A DNA stretch of 64,000 bases from a virus (taxonomy: Duplodnaviria > Caudoviricetes). Below the pieces are notes generated by a model. That model ran no database searches, had not been told where the DNA came from, and saw only the letters and a program-made list of their open reading frames with translations. Position numbers and translations under genes: made by a program. The stretch covers positions 32,001 to 96,000 of the IMG/VR virus record IMGVR_UViG_3300030333_001364, one strand, 5' to 3'. Numbering within the stretch: position 1 is the stretch's first letter; every line of letters begins with the position of its first letter. Shown in pieces: positions 18,809 to 28,802 of this stretch.

Positions 18809-19854
18809 TGATAGGCAATTATTTTTACAACGAGACAGTTAGAAAGACCGTAATTGCTTTTGGAACTTTATTTAATAATATAAAGATCAAAAAGTTTGCG
18901 AGTGATGGTAAGTCTATAAGTCAGATCAAGGTACCCATAGCATATGGTCCTATACAAAGATTCTTAGCAAGAATAGAACAGCAATCAAATTTTGATGATA
19001 ACGTAGCAATCACACTGCCAAGACTATCATTTGAGTTGACTTCATACACATATGATCCTACAAGAAAGGCATCTCCTGTGCAGAAGTTTACCATGAAGTC
19101 TCCTAATGAGAAGGTAAAAATCAAGAAGATGTTCTTGCCAGTGCCATACGATATTGGATTTAGACTTAGTTTTGCTACCAAACAACAAGACGATGCTCTG
19201 CAAATCATAGAACAGATATTACCATTCTTCCAACCATCATATAATGTAACAATCAACATGTTGGAAGGTGTGGAAGAGAAAAGAGATATACCATTTACTC
19301 TGATGTCTACTACATTTACTGATGAGTATGAGGGTGACTACTCTACTCGTAGGTTTATACAGTATGATCTAGACTTTGTTGCTAAGACATACTTCTATCA
19401 AGAGGTTCCAACAGACGAGAACGGTATTATCAAGAAGGTTCAAATCGATTACTCTACTGCTATACGAGCACCAAGAGAACAAAGATACGTTGTCACACCT
19501 CAAGCAACTAAAGATTATAACCAAGATGAAACTGACAAACTTACAGAGTCTATCGATACGAAGAAGACTCTTATCAAAGTTACCTCTGGTGCATCATTCT
19601 CTACTGGTGGTTACATAGAGATTGGTAATGAAGTTATGCGTATCAAGGAGAAGGATTTGAACAACTTAGTGGTTGTTCGTGGACAGTATGGATCTAAGAT
19701 TGCAGAGCATAGCAAGGGTGATGTTATAAATCTTGTTAACGCAGTCGATTCTGACCTTATTGAGATGGGTGATACCTTCGGGTTCAGTGAGACTAGATCA
19801 TTCTTTGACGCTGATGGTCAAGAGTGGAGTCCCGCATTAGGTAATGACGTATGA
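18808..19854 (+). CDS. gp15: tail sheath stabiliser/terminator gp15
   Basis: YFYNETVRKTVIAFGTLFNNI, VPIAYGP and QIIEQILPFFQP. Confidence 0.92.
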   Translation: MIGNYFYNETVRKTVIAFGTLFNNIKIKKFASDGKSISQIKVPIAYGPIQRFLARIEQQSNFDDNVAITLPRLSFELTSYTYDPTRKASPVQKFTMKSPNEKVKIKKMFLPVPYDIGFRLSFATKQQDDALQIIEQILPFFQPSYNVTINMLEGVEEKRDIPFTLMSTTFTDEYEGDYSTRRFIQYDLDFVAKTYFYQEVPTDENGIIKKVQIDYSTAIRAPREQRYVVTPQATKDYNQDETDKLTESIDTKKTLIKVTSGASFSTGGYIEIGNEVMRIKEKDLNNLVVVRGQYGSKIAEHSKGDVINLVNAVDSDLIEMGDTFGFSETRSFFDADGQEWSPALGNDV

Positions 19855-20339
19855 CAAAAGATTATGATCCTTTAGATAAACAATCAACCACATTTAGTCC
19901 TATAGATGAAGCATTAGAAGTCAAAGCAACTGATGTAGTCAAACAATCTAAGAAGGTAAAGAAGGTTGATACTACACCTAGAGATGACTTTGAATATTCT
20001 CGTGCACAGTTATACAATATTGTAGAGAAAGGACAAGAAGCAATGAATGGTATCCTTGATGTGTGTCAAGATACTCAACATCCACGTGCATATGAAGTTG
20101 CAGGACAACTTGTCAAAGCAGTAGGAGATGTAACTGATAAGATTATAGACTTACAAAGAAAGATGAAGGACTTGGAGAAGGAAGATAAACCTACACAAGT
20201 TACTAATAACTCTTTGTTTGTTGGTAGTACTGCTGACCTACAAAAAATGATCAAGAAAGGATTAGCTGGTGCACCTGTGCCACAACCTAAAACTCCTAGT
20301 GTAGATCTAAGTTCCTTAGATATAGACAGGTCTCCATAA
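19851..20339 (+). CDS. gp16: terminase small subunit gp16
   Basis: DFEYSR, HPRAYEVAGQL and NNSLFVGSTADLQK. Confidence 0.92.
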   Translation: MTKDYDPLDKQSTTFSPIDEALEVKATDVVKQSKKVKKVDTTPRDDFEYSRAQLYNIVEKGQEAMNGILDVCQDTQHPRAYEVAGQLVKAVGDVTDKIIDLQRKMKDLEKEDKPTQVTNNSLFVGSTADLQKMIKKGLAGAPVPQPKTPSVDLSSLDIDRSP

Positions 20340-20363
20340 ATAACAAAGAAGATAGAGAGTGCC

Positions 20364-21068
20364 ATGGCTGACACATACGTAAAAAGTGATAGAAACAAAT
20401 GGGGTCTTCCAAAAGGATTGAAGTCTTCTGGTGGCGGGAAAAAGGATGGAGGAACAAGTCCTAGTGTTTTCAAGAAGGTGAGAGATACTCTGACTATGAG
20501 TTTTGATTATGAAAATCTTGATGAAGCGACTAGAAGAAATATAAAGAATCCTAAGTATAGAAATCCAGACGGGTCATTCAATAAAGAGAAGTATGATGCT
20601 GACAAGGGTAGTGTAGAAACAAAGAAGGGTGGTGGAAGACCACGTAAGAAGGGTGGTGCTATTGTAAAAACTCAAAGTTCATCTATAACACCAGCATCAA
20701 AAAGTGAAATAGTAAAGGCAGAACCTAAGGGTGAGATTACAAAATCTGAACCTAAGGGTGAGATAACAAAATCAGATAAGGGTGAGATAGTCAAGTCCAA
20801 AGGTGGAGCAATAGAGAAGAGCAATACTAACAAGGCAGAACCTGGCAAACCAAAAGATGATAAGATTAAACTTACCAAAACCAAACAAAGTTTAGGAGTA
20901 GGAAAAGCATTGAAGAAAGCAGGACCTTATGTCAAGGCAGCAGCAAAAGTAGCACAAGTTGCATACAAAGGTATAAGAGCTGTAGGTGGTGCGACTAAAG
21001 CATTTGATCCTAAGAACAAAGGATGGGAGTCATATATACAGAGAACTACTGACCATATAGTTGACTGA
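20364..21068 (+). CDS. Lys-rich low-complexity hypothetical protein (possible internal head protein)
   Basis: 234 aa, own late promoter CATAAATA (20335-20342), tandem KGEI.KS repeats. Confidence 0.6.
   Translation: MADTYVKSDRNKWGLPKGLKSSGGGKKDGGTSPSVFKKVRDTLTMSFDYENLDEATRRNIKNPKYRNPDGSFNKEKYDADKGSVETKKGGGRPRKKGGAIVKTQSSSITPASKSEIVKAEPKGEITKSEPKGEITKSDKGEIVKSKGGAIEKSNTNKAEPGKPKDDKIKLTKTKQSLGVGKALKKAGPYVKAAAKVAQVAYKGIRAVGGATKAFDPKNKGWESYIQRTTDHIVD
20721..20798 (+). repeat. 27-bp tandem coding repeat (EPKGEITKS x2 plus a degenerate copy)
   Basis: gaacctaagggtgagattacaaaatct / gaacctaagggtgagataacaaaatca / gataagggtgagatagtcaagtcc. Confidence 0.8.
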
Positions 21069-22726
21069 TGCCACAAGCAAGTGACATATATCTTGGTAAT
21101 CCCAATCTAAAAAAGGCGAATACCAAGCAACAATTTACTGAAGAACAAATTGTTGAATTTATTAGATGTAAGGATGATCCAATATATTTTACAGAGAAAT
21201 ACATTCAAATCGTCAACGTTGACGAGGGACTTGTACCATTTAAGATGTACAAGTTTCAAGAGAAATTACTAAGAAGATTCCATAAGAACCGTTTCAATAT
21301 ATGTAAGATGCCACGTCAGACTGGTAAGTCTACGACTGTGGTTTCATATCTACTACACTATGCGATCTTCAATGATCAGGTAAACATTGGTATCCTTGCT
21401 AACAAGGCAGCAACTGCAAGAGACTTGCTTGGTAGATTACAACTAGCATATGAGAACCTACCTAAGTGGATGCAACAGGGTATCATTGCTTGGAACAAAG
21501 GATCTATGGAACTAGAGAATGGTTCTAAGATCATTGCAGCATCTACATCTGCATCTGCTGTTCGAGGTATGTCATTCAACATTATATTCTTGGACGAATT
21601 TGCTTTCGTTCAAAACCATCTGGCAGATGACTTCTTTGCGTCTGTGTATCCTACTATATCTTCTGGTAAATCTACGAAGGTTATAATAGTATCCACTCCA
21701 CATGGTATGAATCACTTCTATCGAATGTGGCATGATGCAGAGCGTGGTCAGAACGAGTATATTGCAACAGAGGTGCACTGGTCTGAGGTGCCAGGTAGAG
21801 ATAAGAAATGGAAAGAACAAACTATAAAGAACACCAGTAAGCAACAGTTTGCTATTGAGTTTGAGTGTGAGTTCTTAGGATCTGTTGACACTCTTATCAA
21901 TGCAGCGAAACTCAAATCACTGGTATATGAACAACCAATAGAGCAGAATGGTAAACTACTTGTATATGAAAGACCATTCAAGAAAAGAGATTATATTGTA
22001 ACAGTTGACGTAGCAAGAGGAGTTGGTAAAGACTACAGTGCTTTCATAGTTGCTGATATTACAGAGTTCCCATACAAGGTTGTGGCAACATATAGAGACA
22101 ATGAAATCAAACCTATGCTCTTCCCTTCTGTAATTGCAGATGTGGCAAAGGGATATAACAATGCGTATGTCCTATGCGAAGTAAATGATATTGGTGATCA
22201 AGTAGCATCTATACTATTCTATGATCTTGAATATGAGAATTTACTCATGGTTGCTATGAGAGGACGTGCAGGACAGATAGTTGGATCAGGATTCTCTGGT
22301 GTGAAGACGCAGTTGGGTGTCAAGATGAGTCAGGTAACTAAGAAGTTAGGTTGTTCTAACCTGAAGACACTGATAGAAGAAGATAAACTTACATTCTGTG
22401 ATTATAATATCATAAGTGAGTTGACTACCTTCATACAAAAGAGACAGTCATTTGAGGCAGAAGAGGGTTGTAATGATGATCTAGCAATGTGTTTGGTTAT
22501 CTTTGCGTGGTTGGTTGCACAGGATTATTTCAAGGAGATGACTGACTCTGACGTAAGAAAACGAATATACGATGAGCAGAAGAATGCAATAGAACAAGAC
22601 ATGGCACCCTTTGGTTTTATATGTGACGGTTTTGAGGAAATGGGAGGCGAAACTGTAGAATCAGATGGGACAGTTTGGAAGACAGATGAGTACGGGGATC
22701 GTGCCTATATGTGGGAATATCGCTAG
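21068..22726 (+). CDS. gp17: terminase large subunit gp17
   Basis: YLGNPNLKK, Walker A PRQTGKST, Walker B IFLDEFAF, nuclease motifs TVDVARG and NDDLAM. Confidence 0.97.
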   Translation: MPQASDIYLGNPNLKKANTKQQFTEEQIVEFIRCKDDPIYFTEKYIQIVNVDEGLVPFKMYKFQEKLLRRFHKNRFNICKMPRQTGKSTTVVSYLLHYAIFNDQVNIGILANKAATARDLLGRLQLAYENLPKWMQQGIIAWNKGSMELENGSKIIAASTSASAVRGMSFNIIFLDEFAFVQNHLADDFFASVYPTISSGKSTKVIIVSTPHGMNHFYRMWHDAERGQNEYIATEVHWSEVPGRDKKWKEQTIKNTSKQQFAIEFECEFLGSVDTLINAAKLKSLVYEQPIEQNGKLLVYERPFKKRDYIVTVDVARGVGKDYSAFIVADITEFPYKVVATYRDNEIKPMLFPSVIADVAKGYNNAYVLCEVNDIGDQVASILFYDLEYENLLMVAMRGRAGQIVGSGFSGVKTQLGVKMSQVTKKLGCSNLKTLIEEDKLTFCDYNIISELTTFIQKRQSFEAEEGCNDDLAMCLVIFAWLVAQDYFKEMTDSDVRKRIYDEQKNAIEQDMAPFGFICDGFEEMGGETVESDGTVWKTDEYGDRAYMWEYR

Positions 22727-22782
22727 TAAGGACGCATTTTCATAAATATCAGTAGTCATTGTATGTGGAGAAAGAAGTTAGA

Positions 22783-24972
22783 ATGGCACTTCGATTAGCA
22801 TCTCCGGGAATTTCGATAAGAGAAGTCGACCTAACTCGTGGTGGCGTAGATTTTAGTATCAACGTTGTCGGTGGTTTTGTTGGACCTTTTAGAAAAGGAC
22901 CGGTAAACGAAATTACTAGGATCAATAACGAGAAGGAGCTTGTAGATGTCTTCGGTTTACCAGGTGTTGGTACAACCGATTATCATTATGAGACTTTCAT
23001 GGCAGCATCCAATTACTTATCCTATGGTGGTAAGTTGGACGTTGTTCGTTGTAAAGGCGGTGACTTAAACAACGCTAACGCAGCAGTTGGATATGCATCT
23101 TCATCTATTTTATTGGTAGAAGGCAAAGAAGATTACTATAACAACAATGCGGACGATCTAAACTGGTATTGGTCATCCAAGAATCCCGGATCTTGGGCGA
23201 ACGAACTAAGAGTTGCAGTAATAGATAACGCTGTTGACCAAATACTTACCCCAACATTTACTGGTGGTAATATTGGTTCAGTTACAGTCGGTATGGGAGT
23301 TACACAACACCTCACTGGTCAAACAATCGGTGTTGGTACTGTAACAGCAGCAACTGGAATACTAAAAGGTATTGTTACTGGTAAGACAGCAACAACCGTA
23401 GACGTAAGAGTTGTAAGTACAGTCATAGACGGTACAGAAACATTACAGTCTTACACACAAAACTCACAGTTTGAGTTCAAGAACGGTACATCGCTTTACT
23501 TTGTAAACTCTAGTGGTAGTAACGTTGCATCAGCATCTGGTGGAACACCAACTATCGTAACTCAAGATTGGTACAGCACACAGAATATACTAACAAGTGT
23601 TGCTGACGGTGGAACTGATTTAGTTACACTGCCATGGAGAGCAGTACTAAACAAACCTAGAACAAACAATTACGTATCTACAAGAGACGGTGCCAACGAT
23701 GCATTGCACGTTGTCGTTGTTGACGCAAACGGTGCGGTAACTGGTGAGATAGGTTCTGTCATGGAGAAGCATGCAAACCTTTCTAAGGCAAAGGATTGCG
23801 AACAGTCTGGTGGTAGAGCGATATACTATAAAGACTACATTGCAGAAAACTCTGGATTATTATTTGCTGGTGTATCACTGGTAAATGGAACTGATGCGTT
23901 TAGAGGAACAGCACCTCTAGCATCTGGATTCAGTTCAGGAACTACAGCAGTCACAGCTGGTGCAGGAGCATGGGGTCAAAACGCTAAGAACATCAAGTTC
24001 AACTCTGTTGGTAATGTAAATTACGAACTAGGAGGAGGATTAGACTACACTGGTATTGGAGTATTCAATGCACCTCTAGGTGATCTACTCACAGCATACG
24101 ACAAGTTTGCAGATCCAGTAGATAGCGACATTAGATTCTTACTACAAGGTAGTGCATACAGAACAAAAGAAGAAGAGCAAGCAAAAGCAAATAAACTGAT
24201 ACAGATATGTGAAGGTAGAAAGGACTGCATCACATTCATATCACCAAACAGAGCATCACTTGTAAATGTAGCGAGTGCTGCGGATCAACTACAAAATGTA
24301 CTTGAGTTCTTCTCACCACTCACATCATCTTCTTATGCAATCTTCGATGCTGGTTACCAGTATGTTTACGATAGATTCAATAAGAAGTTTGTCTACATGC
24401 CTACATCAAACGATGTTGCAGGACTATGTGTAAGAACAGATAGGGACAACTTCCCTTGGTTCTCTCCTGCTGGTCAGGCAAGAGGTGGACTCAATTTTGC
24501 TATCAAACTAGCATTCAATCCTAGTTTGGACGCAAGGGATCAACTCTACTCAAATAGAGTCAACCCAATAACTAACAAACCAGGTGCAGGAATCATCCTA
24601 TTCGGAGACAAGACTGCATTATCTTACGAGAGTGCGTTTGACAGAATCAACGTTCGTAGATTGTTCATCACTATTGAGCAAGCAATCGAGAACGCTGCAC
24701 AAGCACAACTCTTTGAACTCAACGATGCAGGGACACGAAGCAACTTCGTAAATATCGTTGAACCATTCCTAAGGGATGTACAAGCTAAGAGAGGTATCAC
24801 AGACTTCTTACTTGTTTGTGATGAGACCAATAACACACCTGACGTTATTGACCGCAATGAATTCATTGCTGACATTTATGTCAAACCAGCAAGGTCAATT
24901 AACTTTATCGGTTTGACCTTTGTTGCTACACGTACTGGAGTTTCCTTCAGTGAAGTTGTAGGAACTGTATAA
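22783..24972 (+). CDS. gp18: tail sheath protein gp18
   Basis: LASPGISIREVD, PWFSPAG, FDRINVRRLF and KPARSINFI; late promoter at 22741. Confidence 0.96.
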   Translation: MALRLASPGISIREVDLTRGGVDFSINVVGGFVGPFRKGPVNEITRINNEKELVDVFGLPGVGTTDYHYETFMAASNYLSYGGKLDVVRCKGGDLNNANAAVGYASSSILLVEGKEDYYNNNADDLNWYWSSKNPGSWANELRVAVIDNAVDQILTPTFTGGNIGSVTVGMGVTQHLTGQTIGVGTVTAATGILKGIVTGKTATTVDVRVVSTVIDGTETLQSYTQNSQFEFKNGTSLYFVNSSGSNVASASGGTPTIVTQDWYSTQNILTSVADGGTDLVTLPWRAVLNKPRTNNYVSTRDGANDALHVVVVDANGAVTGEIGSVMEKHANLSKAKDCEQSGGRAIYYKDYIAENSGLLFAGVSLVNGTDAFRGTAPLASGFSSGTTAVTAGAGAWGQNAKNIKFNSVGNVNYELGGGLDYTGIGVFNAPLGDLLTAYDKFADPVDSDIRFLLQGSAYRTKEEEQAKANKLIQICEGRKDCITFISPNRASLVNVASAADQLQNVLEFFSPLTSSSYAIFDAGYQYVYDRFNKKFVYMPTSNDVAGLCVRTDRDNFPWFSPAGQARGGLNFAIKLAFNPSLDARDQLYSNRVNPITNKPGAGIILFGDKTALSYESAFDRINVRRLFITIEQAIENAAQAQLFELNDAGTRSNFVNIVEPFLRDVQAKRGITDFLLVCDETNNTPDVIDRNEFIADIYVKPARSINFIGLTFVATRTGVSFSEVVGTV

Positions 24973-24987
24973 TAGAGGAACCAAACA

Positions 24988-25623
24988 ATGGCACTAGATA
25001 GAAACATTTTTTCTATACCTAACAACGAGAGATCAATCGACTCTTTCAAATCAAGACTCATTGGTGGTGGTGCTCGTCCTAATCTATTTGAGGTTGAGCT
25101 AAACTTCCCTTCAGGTGTAGGTATATTCGACGATGAGATAGAGAACACTACTCATCGTATGATGATCAAAGGAGCACAGTTACCAGCGTCTAACATCGCT
25201 GAAGTCATTGTTCCCTTCAGAGGTCGTCAACTCAAGGTTGCAGGAGATCGTAGATTCGATCCTTGGACAATCACAGTTATCAACGATAACGATTTCAAAC
25301 TAAGAACAGCATTCGAGAGATGGGCAAACTACATCGTCAAAGTATCTGACGGTTCAGGAACCCTAAACCCTGCTGACTACTACACTGATTGGGTAGTAAA
25401 CCAGTTGGGTCGTGCTAACACAGATCTAAATGTAAAAGGAAAGGACAACCCTGCTGCATTACCTGTACTAAGACGCTACCAAATGGTTGGTTGCTGGCCA
25501 AGTGCAGTAAGCACAGTTGAACTATCTTATGATCAGGTAGACGCTGTAGAAGAGTTCCAAGTAACACTTCAAGTTCAGTACTGGACTGCTTATGATGGCA
25601 ATAATGCCGATTCTGTAGTATAA
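24988..25623 (+). CDS. gp19: tail tube protein gp19
   Basis: GGARPNLFEV, FRGRQLKVAGDRRFDPWTITV and EEFQVT. Confidence 0.96.
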   Translation: MALDRNIFSIPNNERSIDSFKSRLIGGGARPNLFEVELNFPSGVGIFDDEIENTTHRMMIKGAQLPASNIAEVIVPFRGRQLKVAGDRRFDPWTITVINDNDFKLRTAFERWANYIVKVSDGSGTLNPADYYTDWVVNQLGRANTDLNVKGKDNPAALPVLRRYQMVGCWPSAVSTVELSYDQVDAVEEFQVTLQVQYWTAYDGNNADSVV

Positions 25624-25648
25624 TAGATAGAATACAAGTAGGAATATT

Positions 25649-27319
25649 ATGGCCAAGCTTTTTGGTTTCTCAATTGAAGACGACAATAAGAAGAAGAAAG
25701 GTATAATCAGCCCTGTTGCTCCTAATAACGAGGACGGTGCTGATTATTTTCTATCTTCGGGATTTTATGGTCAGTATGTAGATATTGAGGGAGTATTCAA
25801 AACAGAATTCGATATCGTAAAAAGGTATCGTGATATGTCATTGCATCCAGAATGTGATACAGCGATTGAGCATGTCGTAAATGAGGCAATCGTTTCTGAT
25901 ATGAACGATAGTCCTGTAGAGATAGACCTTGATAACCTAAACATAGGTCAACCATTAAAGAAAGTAATAAGAACCGAGTTCAAGAAAGTAAAAGACTTAC
26001 TAGAGTTTGATAAGAAGTCACACGAAATTTTTAGAAACTGGTATGTAGATGGTAGAATATTCTATCATAAGGTAATTGACGTACAGAAACCAGACGAAGG
26101 AATACAAGAACTAAGATATATCGATGCTCTCAAGATCAAGTTGATGAGAGTCAAACCTACTGATAAGGAGAAGGGTGTAGTTGCTATCCCTACACAAGAT
26201 CAGGGTACAGAGACAGTCAATAAAGACACAAAGGTAACAGAGTTCTACACATACTATCCACAAGGTGTAGCACAAAAGTATGGATCAGTTGCTGGTAAGG
26301 GTATAAGAATAGCAAAGGATGCTATATGCCATGTCCACTCTGGATTAGTAGACAGAAATAAGAAGATCACACTATCATATCTACACAAAGCGATCAAAGG
26401 TCTAAACCAGTTACGTATGATCGAGGACTCTCTCGTCATCTACAGACTGTCTAGAGCACCTGAGAGACGTATATTCTACATTGATGTAGGTAACTTACCT
26501 AAGGTCAAGGCAGAGCAGTATCTACGTGACGTTATGAGTAGGTACAGAAACAAGTTAGTATATGATGCAAACACAGGAGAAATAAAAGATGACAAGAAAT
26601 TCATGTCAATGCTCGAAGACTTCTGGTTACCAAGAAGGGAAGGCGGAAGAGGCACTGAGATCTCTACGCTACCAGGTGGACAAAATCTTGGAGAACTTAC
26701 GGACATCGAGTACTTCCAAAAGAAATTATATCGCTCACTAAACGTACCTGAGTCAAGAATAGGTGCTGACAGTGGATTCAATCTAGGTAGATCATCAGAG
26801 ATTCTAAGAGACGAACTTATGTTCAGTAAGTTTGTAGGTAGATTGCGTAAGAGATTCAGTGCACTATTCTTAGATCTATTGAAGACACAACTTATCCTCA
26901 AGAACATAGTTACACCAGAGGATTGGGAGAAGATGGCAGAGCACATACAGTTTGATTACTTGTATGATAACCACTTTGCTGAACTCAAAGAGACTGAGTT
27001 GATGAACGAAAGACTCAATCTTATGGTTGCTATTGAACCTTACATCGGCACATACTATTCAAGAGACTATGTGAAGCGTAAGATACTGCGTCAGACAGAT
27101 GAAGAGATAGAAGAAATGGCAGAAGAAATGGAAGAGGAGAACGCAACTGGTGTAGGTGTACCGCTAGAAACGCAGAATGCTATCATGCAAGGACAGATAG
27201 AGAACGGACAGATTGGTACTAATCAGAAAACAAATATGGGTAAAAATGGTAAAGACCCTGAGGTCAACGGGAAATCTACAGAAGCACCCGAATTAAACAT
27301 CAAGAAAGCTAAGATATAA
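25649..27319 (+). CDS. gp20: portal protein gp20
   Basis: IYRLSRAPERRIFYIDVGNLPK and EDFWLPRREGGRGTEI. Confidence 0.98.
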   Translation: MAKLFGFSIEDDNKKKKGIISPVAPNNEDGADYFLSSGFYGQYVDIEGVFKTEFDIVKRYRDMSLHPECDTAIEHVVNEAIVSDMNDSPVEIDLDNLNIGQPLKKVIRTEFKKVKDLLEFDKKSHEIFRNWYVDGRIFYHKVIDVQKPDEGIQELRYIDALKIKLMRVKPTDKEKGVVAIPTQDQGTETVNKDTKVTEFYTYYPQGVAQKYGSVAGKGIRIAKDAICHVHSGLVDRNKKITLSYLHKAIKGLNQLRMIEDSLVIYRLSRAPERRIFYIDVGNLPKVKAEQYLRDVMSRYRNKLVYDANTGEIKDDKKFMSMLEDFWLPRREGGRGTEISTLPGGQNLGELTDIEYFQKKLYRSLNVPESRIGADSGFNLGRSSEILRDELMFSKFVGRLRKRFSALFLDLLKTQLILKNIVTPEDWEKMAEHIQFDYLYDNHFAELKETELMNERLNLMVAIEPYIGTYYSRDYVKRKILRQTDEEIEEMAEEMEEENATGVGVPLETQNAIMQGQIENGQIGTNQKTNMGKNGKDPEVNGKSTEAPELNIKKAKI

Positions 27320-27322
27320 ATA
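27315..27322 (+). promoter_or_regulatory. T4 late promoter TATAAATA
   Basis: Exact consensus match. Confidence 0.75.
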
Positions 27323-27346
27323 GGGTTAGCGTTACTTTAAATTATA

Positions 27347-27547
27347 ATGGACACCAATGAATTGCTAGACATGATGTCTTCAGATGAGGCTTCTTCATCC
27401 GAAGTTCATGATGCAATAAAAACCTTACTCTATCAGAAGAGTGCAGAGAGGGTGGATCAAATAACACCTACAGTCGCTGCTGCTCAGTTTGGTAAAGAAG
27501 AGGAACCAGCTGACGCTGTTGAATCAGAACCGCAAGAAGAGGAGTAA
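27347..27547 (+). CDS. small acidic prohead-associated protein (in the gp67/68 position)
   Basis: 66 aa, acidic, between portal and protease. Confidence 0.65.
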   Translation: MDTNELLDMMSSDEASSSEVHDAIKTLLYQKSAERVDQITPTVAAAQFGKEEEPADAVESEPQEEE

Positions 27548-27548
27548 A

Positions 27549-28109
27549 ATGCCACAGGTATTAAATTTAGTCTCTGATCATGGAGAACTGAGTAGTAACG
27601 ATGCTACTACAGTTGCTTCTGGTGCAAAGGCTGTGAAAAGCGGTATTTTATACATTGCTTGTAGTTCCGAGAAAAAGTCAGGACACATCTCTGTATGTAA
27701 TACCATCGCCCAAGCGGGTGTAGGATCTTTTCACGTAGAGAAAGGTGGAGACTTTTTATATCGTTACGGACACCCCGCACACGCAAAGGCAGTGTCTGTT
27801 TCAAAAGCAAATCCATGTGTAATTACACTGGATAGACAAGATACAAAGTTCAGAGTTGGTGATTATGTTACCATGACTGGATCTTCCGTAGGTGGTTACA
27901 ATACTACCATTGCTCATAAAGAGATAACTGCTATACAGATACCACAGAGATCTAACGAATACACATGTAAGATCACTGTTGATGCGAATACATCATCTCT
28001 CGCTGACTTCACAGGTGAAGCAGAGTTGACTAAGACAGTTATTTTTAGACTGGCACCTGAAACATCAGACGGAAGTACAATGCATTTACACGAGGTAAAT
28101 CTAGGATGA
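27549..28109 (+). CDS. hypothetical virion protein
   Basis: GGAG RBS before the ATG at 27549; beta-rich (ANPCVITL...GDYVTMTG). Confidence 0.65.
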   Translation: MPQVLNLVSDHGELSSNDATTVASGAKAVKSGILYIACSSEKKSGHISVCNTIAQAGVGSFHVEKGGDFLYRYGHPAHAKAVSVSKANPCVITLDRQDTKFRVGDYVTMTGSSVGGYNTTIAHKEITAIQIPQRSNEYTCKITVDANTSSLADFTGEAELTKTVIFRLAPETSDGSTMHLHEVNLG

Positions 28110-28753
28110 AGCTAATCTCAGAAGAAATTGAATCAGTAGAAGTTATTACCGAAGAAAAAAACGGTAAGAAAACTCTCTATATTCAAGGACCTTTTTTACA
28201 AGCAGAAATAGTCAATCGTAATAAAAGATGCTACCCATTAGACACTATGGTCAATGAGGTGAAGCGTTATAACGAGGCACATGTAAATACAGGTCGTGCT
28301 CTAGGTGAATTAGGTCACCCAGACGGTCCTCAAATCAACCTTGATAGAGTATCACACAAAATAGTATCTTTACAACAAGAAGGAAATAACTTTGTAGGTA
28401 AGGCACAGATATTGTCAACACCTATGGGTAAGATCGCTTCTTCTCTCATCGGTGAGGGAGTGAAGTTAGGAGTTTCATCTAGAGGAATGGGATCTATAGT
28501 CTCAAGAGACGGTGTAAACTATGTTGGAGAAGATTTTATGCTCGCAACTGCTGCTGATATAGTGGCAGATCCCAGTGCACCAGACGCTTTTGTCGATGGT
28601 ATCATGGAAGGAAAGGAATGGGTTTGGGAAGGTGGCATGCTACGTGAAAAGGCATGCGAGGGCGCAAAGAGAGAAATCAATACTCTCGTAGATGACAAAA
28701 TGTTGGAGGCAAATAAGCTAAGATTATTCGCTAACTTCTTGTCAGAACTATAA
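28106..28753 (+). CDS. gp21: prohead protease gp21
   Basis: ALGELGHP, LGVSSRGMGS and DIVADPSAPDAFV. Confidence 0.97.
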   Translation: MKLISEEIESVEVITEEKNGKKTLYIQGPFLQAEIVNRNKRCYPLDTMVNEVKRYNEAHVNTGRALGELGHPDGPQINLDRVSHKIVSLQQEGNNFVGKAQILSTPMGKIASSLIGEGVKLGVSSRGMGSIVSRDGVNYVGEDFMLATAADIVADPSAPDAFVDGIMEGKEWVWEGGMLREKACEGAKREINTLVDDKMLEANKLRLFANFLSEL

Positions 28754-28756
28754 TTC

Positions 28757-28764
28757 TATAAATA
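28757..28764 (+). promoter_or_regulatory. T4 late promoter TATAAATA
   Basis: Exact consensus upstream of gp22. Confidence 0.8.
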
Positions 28765-28802
28765 ATAACAGTATTCATACATACGAAACGGAAAGTTAAC
28801 CA

